This document shows, piece after piece, positions 43,213 through 52,664 of a stretch of 52,664 nucleotides of DNA. The notes under the pieces are model-generated. The model ran no database searches, had not been told where the DNA came from, and saw only the letters and a list, made by a program, of their open reading frames with translations. The stretch's first letter is position 1. The number at the start of each line of letters is the position of its first letter. Made by a program: the position numbers and the translations under genes. Source of the stretch: a virus (Duplodnaviria > Caudoviricetes); the IMG/VR virus record IMGVR_UViG_3300031211_000007, positions 1 to 52,664 of that record, one strand, 5' to 3'.

Positions 43213-44000
43213 TAAGATTTTTCTGTTTTTTCATAAAGGATATTTCTGTCATTGACGTGGAAATATTCTTTCTTAGCCAAAGATAACCACCATCTTGATT
43301 CATCTGGCGTTAACTCTTTTTTATAAGAGTTAAATAAGCTACCTTCTCTGTCATTTAGATGTTTATACCCTAATTTAGGGATAATCATCACTTTACATGA
43401 ATTGAATGTAAACCTTAATAGGAATTCACTTATAAAACTCAATTTCATGCTTTCTTTAAGTCCACCGAATTCTTGATATGCTTCTTTTAACATGGCCATT
43501 CCATCCATATTAAAATTTTGATACCTCAATAGTGCAGCATTATCCAACACACCCATTTCATCTGAGAATTGAGATGCCCATACAGCTTCGTTAGTGAACC
43601 CAATAAAATTGCTTTGAGGGTCCACGTCTAATATTATTGGTAGAAATATTTGAGTGTCAGTATAAACTTCTCTATACTTCACAACGTTACTTACCCATTT
43701 TCCACTTAACTCATCGTCTTGCTCTAAAAAGATAAACCATTTACTTTTGCAATTTTCAACACCTAGATTCATTTGAGCTTGAAAATCAGTTGATTTGTCA
43801 TGTTTAATAACATCAAAATTCAAATCGTAATTTTTCATTAAATCAGATAAAACACCATGGTCTTTATCGGTACCAACAACAAACATTACCGTATCTGGTT
43901 TTGTTTCTTGCATTGCTATCGACTTGATAGCATTATTAAGTAAAGTCTCGTCCACATTATAAAGAGGCGTGATTACTGTGATATCATTTTTATTTTTCAT
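43212..44000 (-). CDS. GT2 family glycosyltransferase
   Basis: ITVITPLYN, NLGVENC, FIFLEQDDE. Confidence 0.85.
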   Translation of the reverse strand: MKNKNDITVITPLYNVDETLLNNAIKSIAMQETKPDTVMFVVGTDKDHGVLSDLMKNYDLNFDVIKHDKSTDFQAQMNLGVENCKSKWFIFLEQDDELSGKWVSNVVKYREVYTDTQIFLPIILDVDPQSNFIGFTNEAVWASQFSDEMGVLDNAALLRYQNFNMDGMAMLKEAYQEFGGLKESMKLSFISEFLLRFTFNSCKVMIIPKLGYKHLNDREGSLFNSYKKELTPDESRWWLSLAKKEYFHVNDRNILYEKTEKS

Positions 44001-45117
44001 CTTTGTTTTCTTTTTCTTTTTCTTTAGTTATATCAATAAGTGCTTCAAACTCACTTCTTCTATTAGCAATTAGATTACCATATACACGTTTGATATTTTC
44101 AACTTGCTTATCTTCAGTGTATTGACCTTTAGATTTTTTAACACCTTCCATTAAGGTACTAGGTACATTATCTTCTAACCATACTCTCATGAACTCTGAC
44201 ACTAAATTAGGTATAGATAATTCGTTATTAGTCCAAACACCATTATCTTTCAAACTAATTTGTTGTTCATCCGAACTATCGTCTTCCATCCATTCAGGAA
44301 TCATAGCAGGTATCTTACCTATAACAGGTGTGTCACACTCCATAGCTTCAATAGGGAATGTTCCAAAACTGGATTCATCATCAACCCATATAGCTAGACA
44401 AGACTCACCTAGTTGCTCAGCAAACGTTTTTCTAGGTAAACCTCTAAGTTCTCTAAACGTAATCCATTTATACATTGGATGTTGTAAGTAGAACGACTTA
44501 ACCAATCTTAGTGCAGCTTTCTGGTCTCTAGTTACAATAGAGACAATCGGTTTTTTAATCTTATCAGTCGTTTTAAAGTACTCAGGTATTGACGGCGGTA
44601 TGATATGAGTGTCGATACTTGGAAATAGGTCTTTGATGTACTCTGACTGTCTTTCAGATGTTGTGATTACATCAGTAAAGCCAAAGTTTAAATCCCACCT
44701 ATTACCAATTGGTAAAAATTCTAAGATGTAAGAATAGGACTGTGAAAATACTATTTTCTTACATGGGAAGTCTTTTACTTGCTCCATTACGTTAGCAAAA
44801 ATCTCAGGTACAATAATGTAATCTATTGCAACTAGTTTTAAATTTTGTTGTTCAATTGAAACGTGTGGTAGTTTAGCGTACTCTTCACCTAACCATTCTT
44901 CAACGCCATGATAGTCATCTTTTTCGTGTAATATATGAGCTTTATACCCTAAATCATTTAAGACTTTAACGTGCTCGTATATATTAGCAATACCAGCAGT
45001 TGGGTTACCTTTTGTATCCAAAGTAAAGAAATATAAACCAAAATCTTTATTATCAATTTTACTTATAAATTCTTTTACTTGTACTTGTTTTTTTTCGTTT
45101 TCCATTTTTTTAATCAA
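43990..45117 (-). CDS. GT-B fold glycosyltransferase
   Basis: SSFGTFPIEAMECDTPVIG. Confidence 0.85.
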   Translation of the reverse strand: MIKKMENEKKQVQVKEFISKIDNKDFGLYFFTLDTKGNPTAGIANIYEHVKVLNDLGYKAHILHEKDDYHGVEEWLGEEYAKLPHVSIEQQNLKLVAIDYIIVPEIFANVMEQVKDFPCKKIVFSQSYSYILEFLPIGNRWDLNFGFTDVITTSERQSEYIKDLFPSIDTHIIPPSIPEYFKTTDKIKKPIVSIVTRDQKAALRLVKSFYLQHPMYKWITFRELRGLPRKTFAEQLGESCLAIWVDDESSFGTFPIEAMECDTPVIGKIPAMIPEWMEDDSSDEQQISLKDNGVWTNNELSIPNLVSEFMRVWLEDNVPSTLMEGVKKSKGQYTEDKQVENIKRVYGNLIANRRSEFEALIDITKEKEKENKDEK

Positions 45118-45460
45118 TTTTTTTTAATATCTTATAAAAAATTAGAGTATTATACGCTAATTTAAATTTTACATCGGTTTTAATTAGATTATTAGACCCC
45201 AACATTTCATCATGTTCGTCACTTGTACCACCAGCCATTGAGATATCGTCAATGAAATTTCTAATTATTTCATATCTCACGACGTTAACTTCTTTAGTGG
45301 TAGGTTCAGCAGCTTCAATTATTTTCGTCTTTACCAATTCATTATCATAGTTATATTCTTTATCCACTGTTTTAAATACATTATCTTTTTGACCATCAGC
45401 CACAAAGGCATCTAACTTTTCAAAGTCGATGTAATATAAATCTCCAAATATTTTAATCAT
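45110..45460 (-). CDS. hypothetical protein
   Basis: 116-aa overlapping ORF. Confidence 0.75.
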   Translation of the reverse strand: MIKIFGDLYYIDFEKLDAFVADGQKDNVFKTVDKEYNYDNELVKTKIIEAAEPTTKEVNVVRYEIIRNFIDDISMAGGTSDEHDEMLGSNNLIKTDVKFKLAYNTLIFYKILKKID

Positions 45461-46034
45461 TATTCATTATTTTTTTAAATTGCTCTTCATTATTTATAAA
45501 ATCTAATATTGATTCTAATGTATAATCAGACTCAGTATTTTCATTGTAAGTTGCTTCGATTTTAACTGAAATTTTACCTTCAGGTTTACTATCTAAAGCT
45601 ACTGGGTTTGCTGTAACTAAAACATCTACATCATCCCATAATTTCTTAGTATCAAGTGCGAATTTAATGCTATTACCAGTAAACCCTAGTTTTGATAAAA
45701 AGAATAGTGTTGCGGGTCTACTTTTATGTACGTCTCTACTTAATAATATAACCTCGTGTTCTTCGTAGTCGTTTATGTCGTTAATAAAACTGTTTAGAAT
45801 TGGACCGACATTTTTATATGATTGGTCAGCGTGTGCGAATATTTCCATTGGACTCTCGCTGTATAGAAACTTATGAAAAGCTTCCTGTGAGTCAAACTTG
45901 AAAAAACTGGCTAAGTCAAAGTCTTCTACTTTAACATCTTCTAAATCTTCACCGTAATATTTCTTATAAACGTACTTTAGTTGACCTACATAGTCTCTAA
46001 TTACTTCGTTTAATGTTATTCCTATCTGAGCCAT
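45453..46034 (-). CDS. 5'(3')-deoxyribonucleotidase-like HAD-fold protein, degenerate active site
   Basis: IGITLNEVIRD in place of IGIDxDGV; LLSR, TLFFL, ATYN. Confidence 0.6.
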   Translation of the reverse strand: MAQIGITLNEVIRDYVGQLKYVYKKYYGEDLEDVKVEDFDLASFFKFDSQEAFHKFLYSESPMEIFAHADQSYKNVGPILNSFINDINDYEEHEVILLSRDVHKSRPATLFFLSKLGFTGNSIKFALDTKKLWDDVDVLVTANPVALDSKPEGKISVKIEATYNENTESDYTLESILDFINNEEQFKKIMNND

Positions 46035-47154
46035 TTTTTATTTTTAATATACCACCTAAAAATAAAAAAGGTATATCTTTTTATTTATTATTCACTTTTA
46101 GTGAAAATTGGTTATAATTTATTATTATAAATGAGAGATTATTATGTGGACTACAATGCAAGAAAAGAAATTAAAAGAAATTTATTCAAATAAAACTAAT
46201 TTAGAAATAGCAACAATTTTGAATAAGTCTAAATCTTCAATTGACAATAAAGGGTATAGATTGGGTTTAAAAAAAAGTGAAAAATTTTTATTATGGAGAA
46301 ATAAAAAAGGTCACAAAACTAAAATAAATCTAGGTTATAGAGATTTAAATTATAATGAATTAAAAAAAATTTTTAATAAATATACTTCAATAAGAGAATT
46401 AAAAGAGTTTGATGAGCCAGCTTATCAATCTGCTCGTTTAAAAGGTTATTTAGATGAATTAACGTCTCATATGACCCCATTTAAATATAGTATCCCACAG
46501 ATGATTTTAGAAGACTTAATGAATCAACTTTTAAATTTAAAAGCATCATATAACAATCGAAAAATAATTAAACCATATGAACTAGATTTATATTACAAAG
46601 AATATAAATTGGCTTTTGAGTATCAGGGTAAATATTGGCATACTTTAGAAAATAATGATGAATTAAAAATATCTTTAACCAAGAATAAAAATATCACATT
46701 GATTCATATTTACGAAAAAAGTAGAAATTATATTAAAGATATTAAGAAACAAATTAATGATAATCTTAAACTAATAAATAAAACCACTGACTTAACTTTA
46801 AGAGAAGATGATGTTAACAAAATAAAAATAAATAATGTATATAATAAAATATATAATAAACAAAAATTATTTAAATTATGTAAAAAATATAATTCGTTTA
46901 ATGAATTTAAAAATAAACATGAGAAAGAATATAGAATGTTGTTGAAACTTAAAATTGTTGATGAAGCCGCTAAACATATGCCTGATAAAAAGTCTAATAT
47001 TAAATTAACAATAAATGAATTAAAAAAAATTATAAATAAATATAATAATTTAACGGATTTTAGAAAAAATGAATTGAGGATTTACAAACATTTAAAAAGG
47101 ACTAATAAAGATTATCTCATATCACATCTTAAACGTGAATAATGTTATTCCTAT
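46011..47154. mobile_element. endonuclease cassette bounded by 15-bp direct repeats
   Basis: TAATGTTATTCCTAT at 46011-46025 and 47140-47154. Confidence 0.75.
46144..47142 (+). CDS. free-standing homing-endonuclease-like protein (PD-(D/E)XK/Vsr-like)
   Basis: ELDLYYKEYKLAFEYQGKYWH; repeated KY-S--EF modules; antisense to the operon, very AT-rich. Confidence 0.8.
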   Translation: MWTTMQEKKLKEIYSNKTNLEIATILNKSKSSIDNKGYRLGLKKSEKFLLWRNKKGHKTKINLGYRDLNYNELKKIFNKYTSIRELKEFDEPAYQSARLKGYLDELTSHMTPFKYSIPQMILEDLMNQLLNLKASYNNRKIIKPYELDLYYKEYKLAFEYQGKYWHTLENNDELKISLTKNKNITLIHIYEKSRNYIKDIKKQINDNLKLINKTTDLTLREDDVNKIKINNVYNKIYNKQKLFKLCKKYNSFNEFKNKHEKEYRMLLKLKIVDEAAKHMPDKKSNIKLTINELKKIINKYNNLTDFRKNELRIYKHLKRTNKDYLISHLKRE

Positions 47155-47207
47155 TTTCATATTATTATTGTACGTATTTTTTGTCTAAAGTGAACAGAAT
47201 GTCTTTA

Positions 47208-47954
47208 TTATTTATCCATTACTTTATTTTCTACTTTATAGTTGATAAGCATTTTGGTTATCAATGGATTTCTTACAATGTCGTTTTCATTAAATTCAAA
47301 AAACCCTAACTCTTCAATAAACTTATGTCTATTGATAGCGTCATATAATCCACTTTGTTTACTGTCTTTGTATCTATCTGATTGGTCCATATCACCTGAG
47401 ATGATGTATTTAGACCCATACCCTATCCTTGTCAATAGAGTTTTCATTTGAGAAGGTGACATATTTTGAGCTTCTTCCATAACCAATATGGAATTATCAA
47501 TTGATTTACCCCTAAGGAAGCCCAGCGGTTCAATCATAATCTCTTCAGACTCTTCTAATTTTAGTCTATTTGGTTTACCTATTATTTTGTCTACGATATC
47601 AATTGATGATGCCATATGAGGTGCCATCTTTTCTTTTAAATCACCTGGTAAGAAACCTAGGTTTTCTTCAGCTTCTACAGCTGGTTTAACAATTAATATC
47701 TTATTGAATGAATTATCTCCATCTTGAAGTAGTTTCAAAGCTACGGCCATTGCCACATAACTTTTACCTACACCAGATGGACCTGAGCAGAATATGATTT
47801 CTTTTTCTTTAATTAAATTAGCATATTCTTTTTGTTTAACATTCTTACACTTTAAGGTAACTCTTTTAGTTAGTATCTTACTTGTCGGCTTACTTCTAGT
47901 AGCCTTTTGGTCTCTTTCTGTTTTTTCTGTCTTTTTTGGTTGTCTCTTTGCCAT
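47208..47954 (-). CDS. phoH: PhoH family ATPase
   Basis: GPSGVGKS, LGFLPGDLKEK, FLRGKS, EEAQN, GDMDQSD, DIVRNP. Confidence 0.95.
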   Translation of the reverse strand: MAKRQPKKTEKTERDQKATRSKPTSKILTKRVTLKCKNVKQKEYANLIKEKEIIFCSGPSGVGKSYVAMAVALKLLQDGDNSFNKILIVKPAVEAEENLGFLPGDLKEKMAPHMASSIDIVDKIIGKPNRLKLEESEEIMIEPLGFLRGKSIDNSILVMEEAQNMSPSQMKTLLTRIGYGSKYIISGDMDQSDRYKDSKQSGLYDAINRHKFIEELGFFEFNENDIVRNPLITKMLINYKVENKVMDK

Positions 47955-47988
47955 AAAAAAATGCGAGGCTTTTTTTAACCTCGCATTT
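47955..47988 (-). terminator. terminator-like hairpin directly before the phoH start
   Basis: ATGCGAGG/CCTCGCAT stem, then T-run, then ATG. Confidence 0.6.
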
Positions 47989-48019
47989 AATATATGTATA
48001 AAAAATAAAAACTAAACCA

Positions 48020-48997
48020 TTAACTAGATTTTTTACTCTCTTTATTCCTATAACGCTCTTCTAAAGCTTCTTGCCTGTATTTATCAAAAATGAATCTACC
48101 ATTGACTTCTGGTGTGGCTAAAAACTTTAACACATAGTGACCATTGTGTTCAATTATTTTGTCAAATTTATTTATAACATAAGAATATTCCATGCCATTA
48201 TCGGCGCCTATTGCTCTATCAGTTATAAAATCAACGCCGTTTATATCTAACATATTCACAGCTCTAGGGTTTTTACTTATCTTTTTAACCTCACTCAACA
48301 TCAATCTACTTTTTCTGTTGTATTCGTCAGGATATTTAGAAATATAAAACTCTAATAACTTACTTTCATCATTTATATTCCTAATCACTAATTTTTTAGC
48401 GTACTCTTCAATTTCAAATTTAGGTTTTAATTCTCTGGTAATGTTTATTGACCTACCAGTTTTCATATCAGACACCATATCGTGAAATGATATCTCACCT
48501 ACCGTTGACCCGTCACCTTCCATTCCAATAAGGTCAAATTTATCGTTGTTTTTTTCATATTCTTCAATTTCTTTTTCCTTTAAAATTTTTAGACTTTCAT
48601 TAGATATTTCATCATATGTAGATTTTGTTGTTTCCTCGTTATTAATAACTAACTCAACTTCATAATCGTCATACGAATCAACATTAACCTTTTTAAGGTT
48701 TCTTTTTTCGGAAGTAGTAGTTTCAGTTATTGGTATACCGTCTTCGTCATAACCACTTATCTTAGTTTTAAAATTTTCACTCTCATTTAATACTTTATAA
48801 GTTCTCCACCTTAAATCTTTTACTTCAGTCGTTATTTCACCCTTTAATAAGGCGTCGGCCATGGTACCTTGGTTCATAGTTTGAGATAATAAGCTTTCGC
48901 TATCAAACCCACCCGACTCTTTATTGAGTGAAGATTTTTCTACTTTAGACAATGCTAATGAAAGCATAGCCATTTTTCTTTTAAATTTATCTATCAT
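48020..48997 (-). CDS. hypothetical protein
   Basis: 325-aa ORF. Confidence 0.85.
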   Translation of the reverse strand: MIDKFKRKMAMLSLALSKVEKSSLNKESGGFDSESLLSQTMNQGTMADALLKGEITTEVKDLRWRTYKVLNESENFKTKISGYDEDGIPITETTTSEKRNLKKVNVDSYDDYEVELVINNEETTKSTYDEISNESLKILKEKEIEEYEKNNDKFDLIGMEGDGSTVGEISFHDMVSDMKTGRSINITRELKPKFEIEEYAKKLVIRNINDESKLLEFYISKYPDEYNRKSRLMLSEVKKISKNPRAVNMLDINGVDFITDRAIGADNGMEYSYVINKFDKIIEHNGHYVLKFLATPEVNGRFIFDKYRQEALEERYRNKESKKSS

Positions 48998-50043
48998 ATA
49001 CCTATTATTTTTTTTAAATCTGAAACATTATATTTTTCGAAAAACTTGTACTCTTTATTAATTGATTTTTTATACTTCTCGAAAAGGTTGTTCTCATTAC
49101 ATTTAACCTTAGTTTCATGCCAAGTGTTTTGATACCTATCAATTTTCTTGACACTGTTAAGTGGTAAATATTTAACCCCGTAACTGTTAGCTACCATCAT
49201 TAAGTGTAGGCTAGTACCAATGCACATATTACTATTAGCAATTACCTTAGTTATATTGATTATGTTTTTATCCTTAAATAATTTGACGTTGGGTAGATTG
49301 ATTTCTTTTTCCAACTCAGCCAATATTTTGTCGTCGTCATGTTCGTTACAATAAGCCACTGGTAATAGTATTACGTTTTCTACTTCACTTAACTTTATTA
49401 TTTCATTCTTCAACACCTCCTTAGATTCGAATTTAGCTTTACCCACTTGAATAACAACGTAGTCATCAAACAAATCATTTGTTAAGCTTTCTAAATTTAG
49501 TATTTCTCTAGTGAATTGACCTAAGTCTGGAAATGTTTTTACATTCTTAACACCTTTTTCTTTAACTAAGAAAGATGTCAGTGAATCTCTAGCGTATACA
49601 ATATCACCTTCATTAAATAATTTAGCTACTTGTGGTGCATTTGGCATTACACCACCAAATGATATAAACTTAACACTAAGATTTATATCCGAATCAAACA
49701 GTGATTTATCCACCATAAAAGGATACCTTAAAGTTCTGTCTATTGATTTTTTAAGGTTGTTATCTATAAAAGACTTTAAGCCACCATAAGCAGAGTTTAA
49801 AAACTCACCACCTCCAACGTATATTGTAACATCAGTGTAAATTTTACTTATTTCAATCATCTTACTGACTGGTATAACAACCCCACCTCCTAACTCTGTC
49901 ATATCAATGTCCACCAACCCAACATAGTAAAAGTCAACGTCTTTATCAGCATAAAGTTTGTTTAATAAATTACCATATAATATATCACCATAGTTATGTC
50001 TATCATGGGGTGCTAGACTAAAAATTGCAGTTCTTTTACTCAT
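48994..50043 (-). CDS. polysaccharide pyruvyltransferase family protein (start revised to MSKRT)
   Basis: NYGD, VGGGE, YARD, FPD, GTSLH. Confidence 0.85.
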   Translation of the reverse strand: MSKRTAIFSLAPHDRHNYGDILYGNLLNKLYADKDVDFYYVGLVDIDMTELGGGVVIPVSKMIEISKIYTDVTIYVGGGEFLNSAYGGLKSFIDNNLKKSIDRTLRYPFMVDKSLFDSDINLSVKFISFGGVMPNAPQVAKLFNEGDIVYARDSLTSFLVKEKGVKNVKTFPDLGQFTREILNLESLTNDLFDDYVVIQVGKAKFESKEVLKNEIIKLSEVENVILLPVAYCNEHDDDKILAELEKEINLPNVKLFKDKNIINITKVIANSNMCIGTSLHLMMVANSYGVKYLPLNSVKKIDRYQNTWHETKVKCNENNLFEKYKKSINKEYKFFEKYNVSDLKKIIGI

Positions 50044-50686
50044 TAATTTTAAAATATTTGTTTGACCTAATGTCATCTTTTATATAGTGTGGTTTAAAAT
50101 CATTTTTCCAAGCAACATAATTAAATGATAATTGGTCTCTAAAACTTCCTTTTATAATTTCACTCCACCATTCATCCATAATTTTATTAATTAAGTCTGT
50201 ATTCTTTCTTAATAAAACCCCGCCACATATTAAACCATTATTTTTCGGAAATCCTTCTGATTTATACTCACCTATTTGTTTATTGATTGTTGATTTCTTA
50301 TCTAAACCTTGAGACATGACCACTTTAGCTTCGTCATATATGCAATCTCTTTTATCAAATGTAGTGTGATTATGGTCAAAAACAACCATTTCATTTTTAT
50401 TATACAATTCAATGAATTCGACTATATTTTTAGTTTTAATACTACCATCAACCCAAATTGTTGTATCATACTCAGGTAAGAATTTATGTGGTAAAAGTTT
50501 AAATTGTTTGGCATTCAATACACTACTATTGAATTCTTCACCTTTAGATTTTCTTATTTCCCAACCTTTATAATACTTAGGGGTAATGTCATAATCTGTG
50601 TACATTATGTTACTAACACCATCAATTTCAGGTACCTCAAGTATTTTATTTTTATTTCCGTAAATAGCGCTATATATTACAATCAT
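50036..50686 (-). CDS. DUF616 (TOD1/MUCI70-like) glycosyltransferase
   Basis: YSAIYG, KLLPHKFLP, IWVDGS, RDCIYDEA, RDQLSFNY. Confidence 0.85.
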   Translation of the reverse strand: MIVIYSAIYGNKNKILEVPEIDGVSNIMYTDYDITPKYYKGWEIRKSKGEEFNSSVLNAKQFKLLPHKFLPEYDTTIWVDGSIKTKNIVEFIELYNKNEMVVFDHNHTTFDKRDCIYDEAKVVMSQGLDKKSTINKQIGEYKSEGFPKNNGLICGGVLLRKNTDLINKIMDEWWSEIIKGSFRDQLSFNYVAWKNDFKPHYIKDDIRSNKYFKINE

Positions 50687-51300
50687 TTTAGTTTTTCTTT
50701 GATTAAATTATGTAAGTTGACGTTACTAGTTGTTAAGTCTTTACAATATAACTCTACATTTATGTTATTACTTTTTAATAGGTTGACATAATAATTAAAT
50801 TTATCCTTTATTTCACCCACTTTTTTTATATCCACACCAACGTGTGACCCTAAAAAAATCTTAAAATCTTTATGAATCTTTTTATTGATAATGTCTTCCA
50901 TAAGTGGTAATTCGGCACCTTCTATATTAAACCTTAGTATATTGAAATTGTTCTTATAATTTGTTACATTTTTAATCATCCAGTCAGCGAATGAAACACT
51001 TTTAACTTCAATAAAATTTTTAGCGTCAACATTATTTTTACTTTCGTATATTGAATTTCCCTGACCGCTTTTTTCTAGAAAAAGTTTAACGTAAGAATCA
51101 CTATTAGAAATTGCTAAATTATTTATGTTAACGTTATTGTTATCACTAAACAACTCACATATATTTTCGTAAAACGGTTGATACGCCTCAAACCCATAAA
51201 TGTATGGGTCAACGTTTAAACCTTTAATATCTTCTAAAAACATTAAGGATTCAGCTCCATCAAACATGCCTAAATCAAAAAAATTGACCCTAGTTTTCAT
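50683..51300 (-). CDS. FkbM-like methyltransferase
   Basis: FDLGMFDG, YGFEA, NLAIS, RFNIEGAE. Confidence 0.85.
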   Translation of the reverse strand: MKTRVNFFDLGMFDGAESLMFLEDIKGLNVDPYIYGFEAYQPFYENICELFSDNNNVNINNLAISNSDSYVKLFLEKSGQGNSIYESKNNVDAKNFIEVKSVSFADWMIKNVTNYKNNFNILRFNIEGAELPLMEDIINKKIHKDFKIFLGSHVGVDIKKVGEIKDKFNYYVNLLKSNNINVELYCKDLTTSNVNLHNLIKEKLK

Positions 51301-51311
51301 ATCAATTTTTA

Positions 51312-51902
51312 TTAAATTCTGGCTAATACGGTTAAACCGTTATTATTTTTATAATGTTTTTCAATAACCCAACTTTTATTTACTTCTAAAAAATCTTCGA
51401 CCGCTGTCATTAGACCAACTTTACCCTTTTTCATTTCTTTCAATGTTTGTGAGGCATGTGAGTATATACTTTCATCTTTCCTACCAAAGCTTTCGGTGTC
51501 ATGTAGGATGATGTAGTTGGTTACCTTACCCTCGTGCAACTCCAATTCTTTACTTAATTGATTGTAGGTGTGTAGCGTGTCAATAAATAACATTTGAGTT
51601 TCTTCAATCTCAATGTTAAGTGTATCACCTAGAATAAAACTGAAATCTATCTCAGATGCTTCTAATAAGTTTACAGCTTTCAACATGTCATATGTTTTAG
51701 TAATGTCATATGATATCATTTTCTTTGGGTTAGCGACTCCTATTGCAATAGTAGAAGCACCCCATCTAACACCCATTTCCGTTACATGGTCAACTTCACT
51801 AGCGTACTTGCGTATAACAGGTAAGTGTTCATAAATGTCTTTTGATTTATAGACTATTGGTTTTGATTTATAACCTTTATATAATTCTTCAATTTTTTCC
51901 AT
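51312..51902 (-). CDS. class I SAM methyltransferase
   Basis: TEMGVRWGAST, LFIDTLHTY, ILHDT, NNGL. Confidence 0.85.
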   Translation of the reverse strand: MEKIEELYKGYKSKPIVYKSKDIYEHLPVIRKYASEVDHVTEMGVRWGASTIAIGVANPKKMISYDITKTYDMLKAVNLLEASEIDFSFILGDTLNIEIEETQMLFIDTLHTYNQLSKELELHEGKVTNYIILHDTESFGRKDESIYSHASQTLKEMKKGKVGLMTAVEDFLEVNKSWVIEKHYKNNNGLTVLARI

Positions 51903-51903
51903 T

Positions 51904-52617
51904 TTAATTTTTAAATTCTTTGTAAGTTGGTTTTATGTTACTAAATTCATAATTTATTTTTAAATAATGTTTAAAACCTAAATCTTTATAGGTTTTTATA
52001 TCCTCCACACCAGTAGTTCTCATGAACTTTTTAGATTGACCCTCATAGTGTATTATCGGAGAGCTGACTATGTATGCTAAATCAAAGCCTTTTAAATATG
52101 TTTGGTGAAATAAAAAGTCGTCACCGCAATATATTTTTAATTCTTCTGGTATTTGCGTGAAACATTCTTTTCTTATTGTGTAATCCCAACCTTGCATGTA
52201 TTTAAATTTGGGAACAATAGCATACATTAGTTTAGATTTAACATGGCTGTAATGAGGGTGATTTGTTGCGTGAACAGCAATACCAACTTCTTCCTCTTTG
52301 TGGAAGGTCTCAATAGTATCTAAAATAAAGTTTTTTGGTATTCTTACATCGTTGTTTAAAAAACATAACAAATCTTCATCGTAGGTGTTGGCAAACCAGT
52401 TCCACATTTTATTAACTGGTTCATTGTTTTCGTTAAAAATAATTTCAAACCTACTATCATTTATAGACTCTAAAAATTCTCTATTACCTTCTTCAGTTGA
52501 ATCTTGGTCGATTATGGTTACTTTAAAATTAAAATGGGCCTGCGCTCTCAAATCTGAAACACAGTCCCTTATAAAATTTAAGTTATTTAAGTTTAATATT
52601 AAAACTCTTATTGTCAT
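51904..52617 (-). CDS. GT2 family glycosyltransferase
   Basis: IIDQDS, FLNND, YCGDD, IIHY. Confidence 0.85.
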   Translation of the reverse strand: MTIRVLILNLNNLNFIRDCVSDLRAQAHFNFKVTIIDQDSTEEGNREFLESINDSRFEIIFNENNEPVNKMWNWFANTYDEDLLCFLNNDVRIPKNFILDTIETFHKEEEVGIAVHATNHPHYSHVKSKLMYAIVPKFKYMQGWDYTIRKECFTQIPEELKIYCGDDFLFHQTYLKGFDLAYIVSSPIIHYEGQSKKFMRTTGVEDIKTYKDLGFKHYLKINYEFSNIKPTYKEFKN

Positions 52618-52664
52618 TATTTTAAAACTTCTTTATATTCTTCTAGTATTTTATCAGCCACTTC
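52617..52664 (-). CDS. 3' end of an upstream gene (partial)
   Basis: EVADKILEEYKEVLK then TAATG overlap; resembles a GT-B C-terminus. Confidence 0.5.
   Translation of the reverse strand, partial: EVADKILEEYKEVLK

Noticed and set aside
1971-51834. Short antisense or nested ORFs in the track (e.g. 6062, 10170, 15085, 20663, 26236, 27508, 31536, 34766, 35841, 37101, 44189)
   Set aside because: They overlap well-supported genes on the opposite strand or in another frame and have no motifs or expression signals.

Overview
A 52.7-kb AT-rich segment of a large T4-like (myovirus-type, probably jumbo) phage using the standard genetic code. Recurrent TAnnTTTG promoters and the general lack of Shine-Dalgarno sites point to a Bacteroidota host. 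1-4.1 kb: divergent array of mostly single-gene cassettes behind a repeated promoter (TTAACA-N5-TTAACA at fixed spacing from TAnnTTTG); one copy drives a structured non-coding RNA. 4.1-4.5 kb: non-coding C-tract/repeat region at an apparent strand-skew switch (candidate origin). 4.5-19.7 kb: accessory genes (small membrane proteins, HNH, thioredoxin, LRR protein, YkuK-like RNase H, truncated tnpB, a 195-bp IS200/IS605 mini-element splitting a gene, ClpC with a class 3 intein, KTSC, thyA). 19.8-35.6 kb: head module (TerL, portal, intein-containing prohead protease, scaffold, major capsid). 35.6-52.7 kb: baseplate/structural genes, gp55-like late sigma factor, phoH, a homing endonuclease flanked by 15-bp direct repeats and a glycosyl/pyruvyl/methyltransferase cluster. 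The most unusual signals are the promoter-cassette array with its sRNA, two A10-linked -1 frame extensions of late genes, and a late promoter that is the reverse complement of T4's. Product calls come from motif recognition by eye; no database searches were run.
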